DNA of 64,000 nucleotides from Eledone cirrhosa. Its lineage: Eukaryota. This document shows, piece by piece, positions 24,552-37,860 of this stretch; position 1 is the stretch's first letter; the number at the start of each line of letters is the position of its first letter. The stretch is taken from the NCBI GenBank assembly GCA_964016885.1, contig OZ024743.1:117552001-117616000 (forward strand), read 5' to 3'. The notes beneath the pieces were generated by a model that saw only the letters and a list, made by a program, of their open reading frames with translations, searched no databases and had not been told where the DNA came from. A program made the position numbers and the translations under genes.

Positions 24552-24857
24552 TGCAGACTTATTATTTTCTCAGGTATTTCTAATGATTTTGATAGAGAAC
24601 TATATATGATTTAAATAACAATTAATCGAATGGTTCCTTTGTCAGTCATCAAAAAGTCACTTTTATTTTAGTAGACACCAAATAATACCAACTATCAGCA
24701 ACACGTCATATAGTTCAGGTGTGTTTTTGAACATTTAGTTCCGATTCAATAAAAGAGGAATATTAGACGACAATATCAGCTATTCAGTTTATCAATTCAA
24801 ATAATGTGTTGAACATTCTAAACGAAACCGTCTATATATGAATGTATAGTAAGAGCT

Positions 24858-24863
24858 GTCTCT

Positions 24864-24897
<34 letters not shown>

Positions 24898-24931
24898 TGA
24901 AAGGTTGGTGGTGCAAGTCCACCCAGGGACG
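24858..24931 (+). tRNA. trnN: tRNA-Asn(GTT) U20
   Basis: copy; T55G. Confidence 0.8.
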
Positions 24932-25269
24932 TAATAGTCTACTTTTGCTTTAGAAACATTACTAAAAAATCTGTATATTTAGGTTTACAGCTTGCATTTA
25001 GAATTATTTGTAACACTAATACATGTTTCAATATATTACCCTGATAAAGATTAATTTTGCTTTACGTTACCTAAACCATTTCATCTCTACTGGATTGTAT
25101 TTCACCAAAAATCTTCATATTTCTATCTTAAACAAACACTGATCATCATCTGATGGAACATATAAAGTGTATGTTATAAAAAAAATTCAAATGTTTTAAC
25201 AATCTAAAGTAGATTATATTTATGTTTGTTTAAGTTCTTTCGTAAATATACATTCAGCACGCACCATTG

Positions 25270-25341
25270 ATCCGGCTAGCTCAGTCGGTAGAGCAGAAGA
25301 CACTTAATCTCAGAGTCCAGGTTCGTGTCCAACGTTGGGTG
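25270..25341 (+). pseudogene. trnK: tRNA-Lys(CTT) pseudogene U21
   Basis: copy; G28A, 1-nt deletion. Confidence 0.85.
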
Positions 25342-25736
25342 AAAATGGTATTGTTTCCATGATATGTTTTATAAAATTGACATTAATATTAATATTACGA
25401 AATAATTATATGGTACATTCATGTATCATGATCAATTGATATTCACCCTAAATATTTAATAGCAAAGCGAAATTTTCAGTGAGTTTTCAAAACATTCTTA
25501 TATATTTATGAAATTATTTTGCTATAGGTATGATATGAAGTTACTAATATTAATTTTAGTATATAGAACTTGCAACAGGAATAAGCAAGTTCAATTCAAA
25601 TATTTATGTTTTACATAAAAATTACTCGTTTCTAAATCATAAATGATTATATTTCTCGAAGTATTTGTTTAATATAAATATATTGTGGCGATACTGATGT
25701 AATTATGACGTCAAATAGAGAGTCACTAGCTGTACA

Positions 25737-25809
25737 GCCGAAATAGCTCAGTTGGGAGAGCGTTAGACTGAAGATCTAAAGGTCCCCTGTTCAATCCCGG
25801 GTTTCGGCA
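25737..25809 (+). tRNA. trnF: tRNA-Phe(GAA) U21
   Basis: copy. Confidence 0.9.
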
Positions 25810-26115
25810 TGCAGACTTATTATTTTCTCAGGTATTTCTAATGATTTTGATAGAGAACTATATATGATTTAAATAACAATTAATCGAATGGTTCCTTTGT
25901 CAGTCATCAAAAAGTCACTTTTATTTTAGTAGACACCAAATAATACCAACTATCAGCAACACGTCATATAGTTCAGGTGTGTTTTTGAACATTTAGTTCC
26001 GATTCAATAAAAGAGGAATATTAGACGACAATATCAGCTATTCAGTTTATCAATTCAAATAATGTGTTGAACATTCTAAACGAAACCGTCTATATATGAA
26101 TGTATAGTAAGAGCT

Positions 26116-26121
26116 GTCTCT

Positions 26122-26155
<34 letters not shown>

Positions 26156-26189
26156 TGAAAGGTTGGCGGTTCAAGTACACCCAGGGACG
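26116..26189 (+). tRNA. trnN: tRNA-Asn(GTT) U21, likely defective
   Basis: copy; T51C, C61A. Confidence 0.7.
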
Positions 26190-26528
26190 TAATAGTCTAC
26201 TTTTGCTTTAGAAACATTACTAAAAAATCGGTATATTTAGGTTTACAGCTTGCATTTAGAATTATTTGTAACACTAATACATGTTTCAATATATTAGCCT
26301 GGATAAAGATTAATTTTGCTTTACGTTACCTAGACCATTTCATCTCTACTGGATTGTATTTCACCAAAAATCTTCATATTTCTATCTTAAACGAACACTG
26401 ATCATCATCTCATGGAACATATAAAGTGTACGTTATAAAAAAAATTCAAATGTTTTAACAATCTAAAGTAGATTATATTTATGTTTGTTTAAGTTCTTTC
26501 GTAAATATACATTCAGCACGCACCATTG

Positions 26529-26600
26529 ATCCGGCTAGCTCAGTCGGTAGAGCAGAAGACACTTAATCTCAGAGTCCAGGTTCGTGTCCAACGTTGGGTG
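26529..26600 (+). pseudogene. trnK: tRNA-Lys(CTT) pseudogene U22
   Basis: copy; G28A, 1-nt deletion. Confidence 0.85.
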
Positions 26601-26995
26601 AAAATGGTATTGTTTCCATGATATGTTTTATAAAATTGACATTAATATTAATATTACGAAATAATTATATGGTACATTCATGTATCATGATCAATTGATA
26701 TTCACCCTAAATGTCTAATAGCAAAGCGAAATTTTCAGTGAGTTTTCAAAGCATTCTTATATATTTATGAAATTATTTTGCTATAGGTATGATATGAATT
26801 TACTAATATTAATTTTAGTATATAGAACATGCAACAGGAATAAGCAAGTTCAATTCAAATATTTATGTTTTACATATAAATTACTCGTTTCTAAATCATA
26901 AATGATTATATTTCTCGAAGTATTTGTTTAATATAAATATATTGTGGCGATACTGATGTAATTATGACGTCAAATAGAGAGTCACTAGCTGTACA

Positions 26996-27068
26996 GCCGA
27001 AATAGCTCAGTTGGGAGAGCGTTAGACTGAAAATCTAAAGGTCCCCTGTTCAATCCCGGGTTTCGGCA
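26996..27068 (+). tRNA. trnF: tRNA-Phe(GAA) U22
   Basis: copy; G37A. Confidence 0.82.
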
Positions 27069-27374
27069 TGCAGACTTATTATTTTCTCAAATATTTCTAA
27101 TGATTTTGATAGAGAACTATATATGATTTAAATAACAAATAATCGAATGGTTCCTTTGTCAGTCATCAAAAAGTCACTTTTATTTTAGTAGACACCAAAT
27201 AATACCAACTATCAGCAAAACGTCATATAGTTCGGGTGTGATTTTGAACATTTAGTTCCGATTCAATAAAAGAGGAATATTAGACGACAATATCAGCTAT
27301 TCAGTTTATCAATTCAAATAATGTGTTGAACATTCTAAACGAAACCGTCTATATATGAATGTATAGTAAGAGCT

Positions 27375-27380
27375 GTCTCT

Positions 27381-27414
<34 letters not shown>

Positions 27415-27448
27415 TGAAAGGTTGGTGGATCAAGTCCATCCAGGGACG
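27375..27448 (+). tRNA. trnN: tRNA-Asn(GTT) U22
   Basis: copy; T54A, C64T. Confidence 0.75.
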
Positions 27449-27785
27449 TAGTAGTCTAGTTTTGCTTTAGAAACATTCCTAAAAATCTGTATATTTAGGT
27501 TTACAGCTTGCATTTAGAATTATTTGTAACACTAATACATGTTTCAATATATTAGCCTGATAAAGATTAATTTTGCTTTACGTTACCTAAACCTTTTCAT
27601 CTCTACTGGATTGTATTTCACCAAAAATCTTCATATTTCTATCTTAAACGAACACTGATCATCATCTGATGGAACATATAAAGTGTACGTTATGAAAAAA
27701 ATTCAAATGTTTTAACAATCTAAAGTAGATTATATTTATGTTTGTTTAAGTTCTTTCGTAAATATACATTCAGCACGCACCATTG

Positions 27786-27858
27786 ATCCGGCTAGCTCAG
27801 TCGGTAGAGCAGGAGACACTTAATCTCAGAGTCCAGGGTTCGTGTCCAACGTTGGGTG
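27786..27858 (+). pseudogene. trnK: tRNA-Lys(CTT) pseudogene U23
   Basis: copy. Confidence 0.85.
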
Positions 27859-28253
27859 AAAATGGTATTGTTTCCATGATATGTTTTATAAAATTGACAT
27901 TAATATTAATATTACGAAATAATTATATGGTACATTCATGTATCATGATCAATTGATATTCACCCTATATGTCTAATAGCAAAGCGAAATTTTCAGTGAG
28001 TTTTCAAAGCATTCTTATATATTTATGAAATTATTTTGCTATAGGTATGATATGAATTTACTAATATTAATTTTAGTATATAGAACATGCAACAGGAATA
28101 AGCAAGTTCAATTAAAATATTTATGTTTTACATATAAATTACTCGTTTCTAAATCATAAATGATTATATTTCTCGAAGTATTTGTTTAATATAAATATAT
28201 TGTGGCGATACTGATGTAATTATGACGTCAAATAGAGAGTCACTAGCTGTACA

Positions 28254-28326
28254 GCCGAAATAGCTCAGTTGGGATAGCGTTAGACTGAAGATCTAAAGGT
28301 CCCCTGTTCAATCCCGGGTTTCGGCA
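28254..28326 (+). tRNA. trnF: tRNA-Phe(GAA) U23
   Basis: copy; G22T. Confidence 0.8.
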
Positions 28327-28632
28327 TGCAGACTTATTATTTTCTCAAATATTTCTAATGATTTTGATAGAGAACTATATATGATTTAAATAACAAATAA
28401 TCGAATGGTTCCTTTGTCAGTCATCAAAAAGTCACTTTTATTTTAGTAGACACCAAATAATACCAACTATCAGCAAAACGTCATACAGTTCGGGCGTGTT
28501 TTTGAACATTTAGTTCCGATTCAATAAAAGAGGAATATTAGACGACAATATCAGCTATTCAGTTTATCAATTCAAATAATGTGTTGAACATTCTAAACGA
28601 AACCGTCTATATATGAATGTATAGTAAGAGCT

Positions 28633-28638
28633 GTCTCT

Positions 28639-28672
<34 letters not shown>

Positions 28673-28706
28673 TGAAAGGTTGGTGGTTCAAGTCCACCCA
28701 GGGACG
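28633..28706 (+). tRNA. trnN: tRNA-Asn(GTT) U23
   Basis: copy; intact. Confidence 0.92.
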
Positions 28707-29044
28707 TAATAGTCTACTTTTGCTTTAGAAACATTACCAAAAAATCTGTATATTTAGGTTTACAGCTTGCATTCAGAATTATTTGTAACACTTATACATG
28801 TTTCAATATATTAGCCTGATAAAGATTAATTTTGCTTTACGTTACCTAAACCATTTCATCTCTACTGGATTGTATTTCACCAAAAGTCTTCATATTTCTA
28901 TCTTAAACGAACACTGATCATCATCTGATGGAACATATAAAGTGTATGTTATAAAAAAAATTCAAAAGTTTTAACAATCTAAAGTAGATTATATTTATGT
29001 TTGTTTAAGTCCTTTCATAAATATACATTCAGCACGCACCATTG

Positions 29045-29117
29045 ATCTGGCTAGCTCAGTCGGTAGAGCAGGAGACACTTAATCTCAGAGTCCAGGGTTC
29101 GTGTCCAACGTTGGGTG
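29045..29117 (+). pseudogene. trnK: tRNA-Lys(CTT) pseudogene U24
   Basis: copy. Confidence 0.85.
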
Positions 29118-29511
29118 AAAATGGTATTGTTTCCATGATATGTTTTATAAAATTGACATTAATATTAATATTACGAAATAATTATATGGTACATTCATGT
29201 ATCATGATCAATTGATATTCACCCTAAATGTCTAATAGCAAAGCGAAATTATCAGTGAGTTTTCAAAGCATTCTTATATATTTATGAAATTATTTTGCTA
29301 TAGGTATGATATGAATTTACTAATATTAATTTTAGTATATAGAACTTGCAACAGGAATAAGCAAGTTCAATTCAAATATTTATGTTTTACATAAAAATTA
29401 CTCGTTTCTAAATCATAAATGATTATATTTCTCGAAGTATTTGTTTAATACAAATATATTGTGGCGATACTGATGTAATTATGACGTCAAATAGAGAGTA
29501 CCTAGCTGTAC

Positions 29512-29584
29512 GCCGAAATAGCTCAGTTGGGAGAGCGTTAGACTGAAGATCTAAAGGTCCCCTGTTCAATCCCGTGTTTCGGCA
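29512..29584 (+). tRNA. trnF: tRNA-Phe(GAA) U24
   Basis: copy; G64T. Confidence 0.75.
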
Positions 29585-29890
29585 TGCAGACTTATTATTT
29601 TCTCAAATATTTCTAATGATTTTGATAGAGAACTATATATGATTTAAATAACAATTAATCGAATGGTTCATTTGTCAGTCATCAAAAAGTCACTTTTATT
29701 TTAGTAGACACCAAATAATACCAACTATCAGCAAAACGTCATATAGTTCAGGTGTGTTTTTGAACATTTAGTTCCGATTCAATAAAAGAGGAATATTAGA
29801 CGACAATATCAGCTATTCAGTTTATCAATTCAAATAATGCGTTGAACATTCTAAACGAAACCGTCTATATTGGAATGTATAGTAAGAGCT

Positions 29891-29896
29891 GTCTCT

Positions 29897-29930
<34 letters not shown>

Positions 29931-29964
29931 TGAAAGGTTGGTGGTGCAAGTCCACCCAGGGACG
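29891..29964 (+). tRNA. trnN: tRNA-Asn(GTT) U24
   Basis: copy; T55G. Confidence 0.8.
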
Positions 29965-30302
29965 TAATAGTCTACTTTTGCTTTGGAAACATTACTAAAA
30001 AATCTGTATATTTAGGTTTACAGCTTGCATTTAGAATTATTTGTAACACTAATACATGTTTCAATATATTAGCCTGATAAAGATTAATTTTGCTTTACGT
30101 TACCTAAACCATTTCATCTCTACTGGATTGTATTTCACCAAAAATCTTCATAGTTCTATCTTAAACGAACACTGATCATCATCTGATGGAACATATAAAG
30201 TGTATGTTATAAAAAAAATTCAAATGTTTTAACAATCTAAAGTAGATTATATTTATGTTTGTTTAAGTTCTTTCGTAAATATACATTCAGCACGCACCAT
30301 TG

Positions 30303-30375
30303 ATCTGGCTAGCTCAGTCGGTAGAGCAGGAGACACTTAATCTCAGAGTCCAGAGTTCGTGTCCAACGTTGGGTG
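30303..30375 (+). pseudogene. trnK: tRNA-Lys(CTT) pseudogene U25
   Basis: copy. Confidence 0.85.
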
Positions 30376-30770
30376 AAAATGGTATTGTTTCCATGATATG
30401 TTTTATAAAATTGACATTAATATTAATATTACGAAATAATTATATGGTACATTCATGTATCATGATCAATTGATATTCACCCTAAATATCTAATTGCAAA
30501 GCGAAATTTTCAGTGAGTTTTCAAAGCATTCTTATATATTTATGAAATTATTTTGCTATAGGTATGATATGAATTTACTAATATTAATTTTAGTATATAG
30601 AACATGCAACAGGAATAAGCAAGTTCAATTCAAATATTTATGTTTTACATATAAATTACTCGTTTCTAAATCATAAATGATTATATTTCTCGAAGTATTT
30701 GTTTAATATAAATATATTGTGGCGATGCTGATGTAATTATGACGTCAAATAGAGAGTCACTAGCTGTACA

Positions 30771-30843
30771 GCCGAAATAGCTCAGTTGGGAGAGCGTTAG
30801 ACTGAAGATCTAAAGGTCCCCTGTTCAATCCCGGGTTTCGGCA
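30771..30843 (+). tRNA. trnF: tRNA-Phe(GAA) U25
   Basis: copy. Confidence 0.9.
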
Positions 30844-31149
30844 TGCAGACTTATTATTTTCTCAAATATTTCTAATGATTTTGATAGAGAACTATATATG
30901 ATTTAAATAACAATTAATCGAATGGTTCCTTTGTCAGTCATCAAAAAGTCACTTTTATTTTAGTAGACACCAAATAATACCAACTATCAGCAAAACATCA
31001 TATAGTTCAGGTGTGTTTTTGAACATTTAGTTCCGATTCAATAAAAGAAGAATATTAGACGACAATATCAGCTATTCAGTTTATCAATTCAAATAATGTG
31101 TTGAACATCCTAAACGAAACCGTCTATATTGGAATGTATAGTAAGAGCT

Positions 31150-31155
31150 GTCTCT

Positions 31156-31189
<34 letters not shown>

Positions 31190-31223
31190 TGAAAGGTTGG
31201 TGGTGCAAGTCCACCCAGGGACG
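31150..31223 (+). tRNA. trnN: tRNA-Asn(GTT) U25
   Basis: copy; T55G. Confidence 0.8.
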
Positions 31224-31561
31224 TAATAGTCTACTTTTGCTTTAGAAACATTACTAAAATATCTGTATATTTAGGTTTACAGCTTGCATTTAGAATTATT
31301 TGTAACACTAATACATGTTTCAATATATTAGCCTGATAAAGATTAATTTTGCTTTACGTTACCTAAACCATTTCATCTCTACTGGATTGTATTTCACCAA
31401 AAATCTTCATATTTCTATCTTAAACGAACACTGATCATCATCTGATGGAACATATAAAGTGTATGTTATAAAAAAAATTCAAATGTTTTAACAATCTAAA
31501 GTAGATTATATTTATGTTTGTTTAAGTTCTTTCGTAAATATACATTCAGCACGCACCATTG

Positions 31562-31634
31562 ATCTGGCTAGCTCAGTCGGTAGAGCAGGAGACACTTAAT
31601 CTCAGAGTCCAGAGTTCGTGTCCAACGTTGGGTG
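31562..31634 (+). pseudogene. trnK: tRNA-Lys(CTT) pseudogene U26
   Basis: copy. Confidence 0.85.
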
Positions 31635-32029
31635 AAAATGGTATTGTTTCCATGATATGTTTTATAAAATTGACATTAATATTAATATTACGAAATAATT
31701 ATATGGTACATTCATGTATCATGATCAATTGATATTCACCCTAAATATCTAATTGCAAAGCGAAATTTTCAGTGAGTTTTCAAAGCATTCTTATATATTT
31801 ATGAAATTATTTTGCTATAGGTATGATATGAATTTACTAATATTAATTTTAGTATATAGAACATGCAACAGGAATAAGCAAGTTCAATTCAAATATTTAT
31901 GTTTTACATATAAATTACTCGTTTCTAAATCATAAATGATTATATTTCTCGAAGTATTTGTTTAATATAAATATATTGTGGCGATGCTGATGTAATTATG
32001 ACGTCAAATAGAGAGTCACTAGCTGTACA

Positions 32030-32102
32030 GCCGAAATAGCTCAGTTGGGAGAGCGTTAGACTGAAGATCTAAAGGTCCCCTGTTCAATCCCGGGTTTCGG
32101 CA
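32030..32102 (+). tRNA. trnF: tRNA-Phe(GAA) U26
   Basis: copy. Confidence 0.9.
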
Positions 32103-32408
32103 TGCAGACTTATTATTTTCGCAAATATTTCTAATGATTTTGATAGAGAACTATATATGATTTAAATAACAATTAATCGAATGGTTCCTTTGTCAGTCAT
32201 CAAAAAGTCACTTTTATTTTAGTAGACACCAAATAATACCAACTATCAGCAAAACATCATATAGTTCAGGTGTGTTTTTGAACATTTAGTTCCGATTCAA
32301 TAAAAGAGGAATATTAGACGACAATATCAGCTATTCAGTTTATCAATTCAAATAATGTGTTGAACATCCTAAACGAAACCGTCTATATTGGAATGTATAG
32401 TAAGAGCT

Positions 32409-32414
32409 GTCTCT

Positions 32415-32448
<34 letters not shown>

Positions 32449-32482
32449 TGAAAGGTTGGTGGTGCAAGTCCACCCAGGGACG
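32409..32482 (+). tRNA. trnN: tRNA-Asn(GTT) U26
   Basis: copy; T55G. Confidence 0.8.
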
Positions 32483-32820
32483 TAATAGTCTACTTTTGCT
32501 TTAGAAACATTACTAAAATATCTGTATATTTAGGTTTACAGCTTGCATTTAGAATTATTTGTAACACTAATACATGTTTCAATATATTAGCCTGATAAAG
32601 ATTAATTTTGCTTTACGTTACCTAAACCATTTCATCTCTACTGGATTGTATTTCACCAAAAATCTTCATATTTCTATCTTAAACGAACACTGATCATCAT
32701 CTGATGGAACATATAAAGTGTATGTTATAAAAAAAATTCAAATGTTTTAACAATCTAAAGTAGATTATATTTATGTTTGTTTAAGTTCTTTCGTAAATAT
32801 ACATTCAGCACGCACCATTG

Positions 32821-32893
32821 ATCTGGCTAGCTCAGTCGGTAGAGCAGGAGACACTTAATCTCAGAGTCCAGAGTTCGTGTCCAACGTTGGGTG
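32821..32893 (+). pseudogene. trnK: tRNA-Lys(CTT) pseudogene U27
   Basis: copy. Confidence 0.85.
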
Positions 32894-33292
32894 AAAATGG
32901 TATTGTTTCCATGATATGTTTTATAAAATTGACATTAATATTAATATTACGAAATAATTATATGGTACATTCATGTATCATGATCAATTGATATTCACCC
33001 TAAATATCTAATTGCAAAGCGAAATTTTCAGTGAGTTTTCAAAGCATTCTTATATATTTATGAAATTATTTTGCTATAGGTATGATATGAATTTACTAAT
33101 ATTAATTTTAGTATATAGAACTTGCAACAGGAATAAGCAAGTTCAATTCAAATATTTATGTTTTATATAAATAAAAATTACTCGTTTCTAAATCATAAAT
33201 GATTATATTTCTCGAAGTATTTGTTTAATATAAATATATTGTGGCGATACTGATGTAATTATGACGTCAAATAGAGAGTCACTAGCTGTACA

Positions 33293-33365
33293 GCCGAAAT
33301 TGCTCAGTTGGGAGAGCGTTAGACTGAAGATCTAATGGTCCCCTGTTCAATCCCGGGTTTCGGCA
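33293..33365 (+). tRNA. trnF: tRNA-Phe(GAA) U27
   Basis: copy; A9T, A44T. Confidence 0.78.
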
Positions 33366-33671
33366 TGCAGACTTATTATTTTCTCAAATATTTCTAATGA
33401 TTTTGATAGAGAACTATATATGATTTAAATAACAATTAATCGAATGGTTCCTTTGTCAGTCATCAAAAAGTCACTTTTATTTTAGTAGACACCAAATAAT
33501 ACCAACTATCAGCAAAACGTCATATAGTTTAGGTGTGTTTTTGAACATTTAGTTCCGATTCAATAAAAGAGGAATATTAGACGACAATATCAGCTATTCA
33601 GTTTATCAATTCAAATAATGTGTTGAACATTCTAAACGAAACCGTCTATATATGAATGTATAGTAAGAGCT

Positions 33672-33677
33672 GTCTCT

Positions 33678-33711
<34 letters not shown>

Positions 33712-33745
33712 TGAAAGGTTGGTGGTGCAAGTCCACCCAGGGACG
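33672..33745 (+). tRNA. trnN: tRNA-Asn(GTT) U27
   Basis: copy; T55G. Confidence 0.8.
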
Positions 33746-34083
33746 TAATAGTCTACTTTTGCTTTAGAAACATTACTAAAAAATCTGTATATTTAGGTTT
33801 ACAGCTTGCATTTAGAATTATTTGTAACACTAATACATGTTTCAATATATTACCCTGATAAAGATTAATTTTGCTTTACGTTACCTAAACCATTTCATCT
33901 CTACTGGATTGTATTTCACCAAAAATCTTCATATTTCTATCTTAAACAAACACTGATCATCATCTGATGGAACATATAAAGTGTATGTTATAAAAAAAAT
34001 TCAAATGTTTTAACAATCTAAAGTAGATTATATTTATGTTTGTTTAAGTTCTTTCGTAAATATACATTCAGCACGCACCATTG

Positions 34084-34155
34084 ATCCGGCTAGCTCAGTC
34101 GGTAGAGCAGAAGACACTTAATCTCAGAGTCCAGGTTCGTGTCCAACGTTGGGTG
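34084..34155 (+). pseudogene. trnK: tRNA-Lys(CTT) pseudogene U28
   Basis: copy; G28A, 1-nt deletion. Confidence 0.85.
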
Positions 34156-34550
34156 AAAATGGTATTGTTTCCATGATATGTTTTATAAAATTGACATTAA
34201 TATTAATATTACGAAATAATTATATGGTACATTCATGTATCATGATCAATTGATATTCACCCTAAATATTTAATAGCAAAGCGAAATTTTCAGTGAGTTT
34301 TCAAAACATTCTTATATATTTATGAAATTATTTTGCTATAGGTATGATATGAAGTTACTAATATTAATTTTAGTATATAGAACTTACAACAGGAATAAGC
34401 AAGTTCAATTCAAATATTTATGTTTTACATAAAAATTACTCGTTTCTAAATCATAAATGATTATATTTCTCGAAGTATTTGTTTAATATAAATATATTGT
34501 GGCGATACTGATGTAATTATGACGTCAATTAGAGAGTCACTAGCTGTACA

Positions 34551-34623
34551 GCCGAAATAGCTCAGTTGGGAGAGCGTTAGACTGAAGATCTAAAGGTCCC
34601 CTGTTCAATCCCGGGTTTCGGCA
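34551..34623 (+). tRNA. trnF: tRNA-Phe(GAA) U28
   Basis: copy. Confidence 0.9.
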
Positions 34624-34929
34624 TGCAGACTTATTATTTTCTCAGGTATTTCTAATGATTTTGATAGAGAACTATATATGATTTAAATAACAATTAATCG
34701 AATGGTTCCTTTGTCAGTCATCAAAAAGTCACTTTTATTTTAGTAGACACCAAATAATACCAACTATCAGCAACACGTCATATAGTTCAGGTGTGTTTTT
34801 GAACATTTAGTTCCGATTCAATAAAAGAGGAATATTAGACGACAATATCAGCTATTCAGTTTATCAATTCAAATAATGTGTTGAACATTCTAAACGAAAC
34901 CGTCTATATATGAATGTATAGTAAGAGCT

Positions 34930-34935
34930 GTCTCT

Positions 34936-34969
<34 letters not shown>

Positions 34970-35003
34970 TGAAAGGTTGGTGGTGCAAGTCCACCCAGGG
35001 ACG
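34930..35003 (+). tRNA. trnN: tRNA-Asn(GTT) U28
   Basis: copy; T55G (last such copy). Confidence 0.8.
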
Positions 35004-35341
35004 TAATAGTCTACTTTTGCTTTAGAAACATTACTAAAAAATCTGTATATTTAGGTTTACAGCTTGCATTTAGAATTATTTGTAACACTAATACATGTTT
35101 CAATATATTACCCTGATAAAGATTAATTTTGCTTTACGTTACCTAAACCATTTCATCTCTACTGGATTGTATTTCACCAAAAATCTTCATATTTCTATCT
35201 TAAACAAACACTGATCATCATCTGATGGAACATATAAAGTGTATGTTATAAAAAAAATTCAAATGTTTTAACAATCTAAAGTAGATTATATTTATGTTTG
35301 TTTAAGTTCTTTCGTAAATATACATTCAGCACGCACCATTG

Positions 35342-35413
35342 ATCCGGCTAGCTCAGTCGGTAGAGCAGAAGACACTTAATCTCAGAGTCCAGGTTCGTGT
35401 CCAACGTTGGGTG
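35342..35413 (+). pseudogene. trnK: tRNA-Lys(CTT) pseudogene U29
   Basis: copy; G28A, 1-nt deletion. Confidence 0.85.
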
Positions 35414-35808
35414 AAAATGGTATTGTTTCCATGATATGTTTTATAAAATTGACATTAATATTAATATTACGAAATAATTATATGGTACATTCATGTATCA
35501 TGATCAATTGATATTCACCCTAAATATTTAATAGCAAAGCGAAATTTTCAGTGAGTTTTCAAAACATTCTTATATATTTATGAAATTATTTTGCTATAGG
35601 TATGATATGAAGTTACTAATATTAATTTTAGTATATAGAACTTGCAACAGGAATAAGCAAGTTCAATTCAAATATTTATGTTTTACATAAAAATTACTCG
35701 TTTCTAAATCATAAATGATTATATTTCTCGAAGTATTTGTTTAATATAAATATATTGTGGCGATACTGATGTAATTATGACGTCAAATAGAGAGTCACTA
35801 GCTGTACA

Positions 35809-35881
35809 GCCGAAATAGCTCAGTTGGGAGAGCGTTAGACTGAAGATCTAAAGGTCCCCTGTTCAATCCCGGGTTTCGGCA
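35809..35881 (+). tRNA. trnF: tRNA-Phe(GAA) U29
   Basis: copy. Confidence 0.9.
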
Positions 35882-36187
35882 TGCAGACTTATTATTTTCT
35901 CAGGTATTTCTAATGATTTTGATAGAGAACTATATATGATTTAAATAACAATTAATCGAATGGTTCCTTTGTCAGTCATCAAAAAGTCACTTTTATTTTA
36001 GTAGACACCAAATAATACCAACTATCAGCAACACGTCATATAGTTCAGGTGTGTTTTTGAACATTTAGTTCCGATTCAATAAAAGAGGAATATTAGACGA
36101 CAATATCAGCTATTCAGTTTATCAATTCAAATAATGTGTTGAACATTCTAAACGAAACCGTCTATATATGAATGTATAGTAAGAGCT

Positions 36188-36193
36188 GTCTCT

Positions 36194-36227
<34 letters not shown>

Positions 36228-36261
36228 TGAAAGGTTGGCGGTTCAAGTACACCCAGGGACG
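36188..36261 (+). tRNA. trnN: tRNA-Asn(GTT) U29, likely defective
   Basis: copy; T51C, C61A. Confidence 0.7.
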
Positions 36262-36600
36262 TAATAGTCTACTTTTGCTTTAGAAACATTACTAAAAAAT
36301 CGGTATATTTAGGTTTACAGCTTGCATTTAGAATTATTTGTAACACTAATACATGTTTCAATATATTAGCCTGGATAAAGATTAATTTTGCTTTACGTTA
36401 CCTAGACCATTTCATCTCTACTGGATTGTATTTCACCAAAAATCTTCATATTTCTATCTTAAACGAACACTGATCATCATCTCATGGAACATATAAAGTG
36501 TACGTTATAAAAAAAATTCAAATGTTTTAACAATCTAAAGTAGATTATATTTATGTTTGTTTAAGTTCTTTCGTAAATATACATTCAGCACGCACCATTG

Positions 36601-36673
36601 ATCCGGCTAGCTCAGTCGGTAGAGCAGGAGACACTTAATCTCAGAGTCCAGGGTTCGTGTCCAACGTTGGGTG
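36601..36673 (+). pseudogene. trnK: tRNA-Lys(CTT) pseudogene U30
   Basis: copy. Confidence 0.85.
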
Positions 36674-37068
36674 AAAATGGTATTGTTTCCATGATATGTT
36701 TTATAAAATTGACATTAATATTAATATTACGAAATAATTATATGGTACATTCATGTATCATGATCAATTGATATTCACCCTAAATATTTAATAGCAAAGC
36801 GAAATTTTCAGTGAGTTTTCAAAACATTCTTATATATATATGAAATTATTTTGCTATAGGTATGATATGAAGTTACTAATATTAATTTTAGTATATAGAA
36901 CTTGCAACAGGAATAAGCAAGTTCAATTCAAATATTTATGTTTTACATAAAAATTACTCGTTTCTAAATCATAAATGATTATATTTCTCGAAGTATTTGT
37001 TTAATATAAATATATTGTGGCGATACTGATGTAATTATGACGTCAATTAGAGAGTCACTAGCTGTACA

Positions 37069-37141
37069 GCCGAAATAGCTCAGTTGGGAGAGCGTTAGAC
37101 TGAAGATCTAAAGGTCCCCTGTTCAATCCCGGGTTTCGGCA
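37069..37141 (+). tRNA. trnF: tRNA-Phe(GAA) U30
   Basis: copy. Confidence 0.9.
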
Positions 37142-37447
37142 TGCAGACTTATTATTTTCTCAGGTATTTCTAATGATTTTGATAGAGAACTATATATGAT
37201 TTAAATAACAATTAATCGAATGGTTCCTTTGTCAGTCATCAAAAAGTCACTTTTATTTTAGTAGACACCAAATAATACCAACTATCAGCAACACGTCATA
37301 TAGTTCAGGTGTGTTTTTGAACATTTAGTTCCGATTCAATAAAAGAGGAATATTAGACGACAATATCAGCTATTCAGTTTATCAATTCAAATAATGTGTT
37401 GAACATTCTAAACGAAACCGTCTATATATGAATGTATAGTAAGAGCT

Positions 37448-37453
37448 GTCTCT

Positions 37454-37487
<34 letters not shown>

Positions 37488-37521
37488 TGAAAGGTTGGCG
37501 GTTCAAGTACACCCAGGGACG
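37448..37521 (+). tRNA. trnN: tRNA-Asn(GTT) U30, likely defective
   Basis: copy; T51C, C61A. Confidence 0.7.
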
Positions 37522-37860
37522 TAATAGTCTACTTTTGCTTTAGAAACATTACTAAAAAATCGGTATATTTAGGTTTACAGCTTGCATTTAGAATTATTTG
37601 TAACACTAATACATGTTTCAATATATTAGCCTGGATAAAGATTAATTTTGCTTTACGTTACCTAGACCATTTCATCTCTACTGGATTGTATTTCACCAAA
37701 AATCTTCATATTTCTATCTTAAACGAACACTGATCATCATCTCATGGAACATATAAAGTGTACGTTATAAAAAAAATTCAAATGTTTTAACAATCTAAAG
37801 TAGATTATATTTATGTTTGTTTAAGTTCTTTCGTAAATATACATTCGGCACGCACCATTG

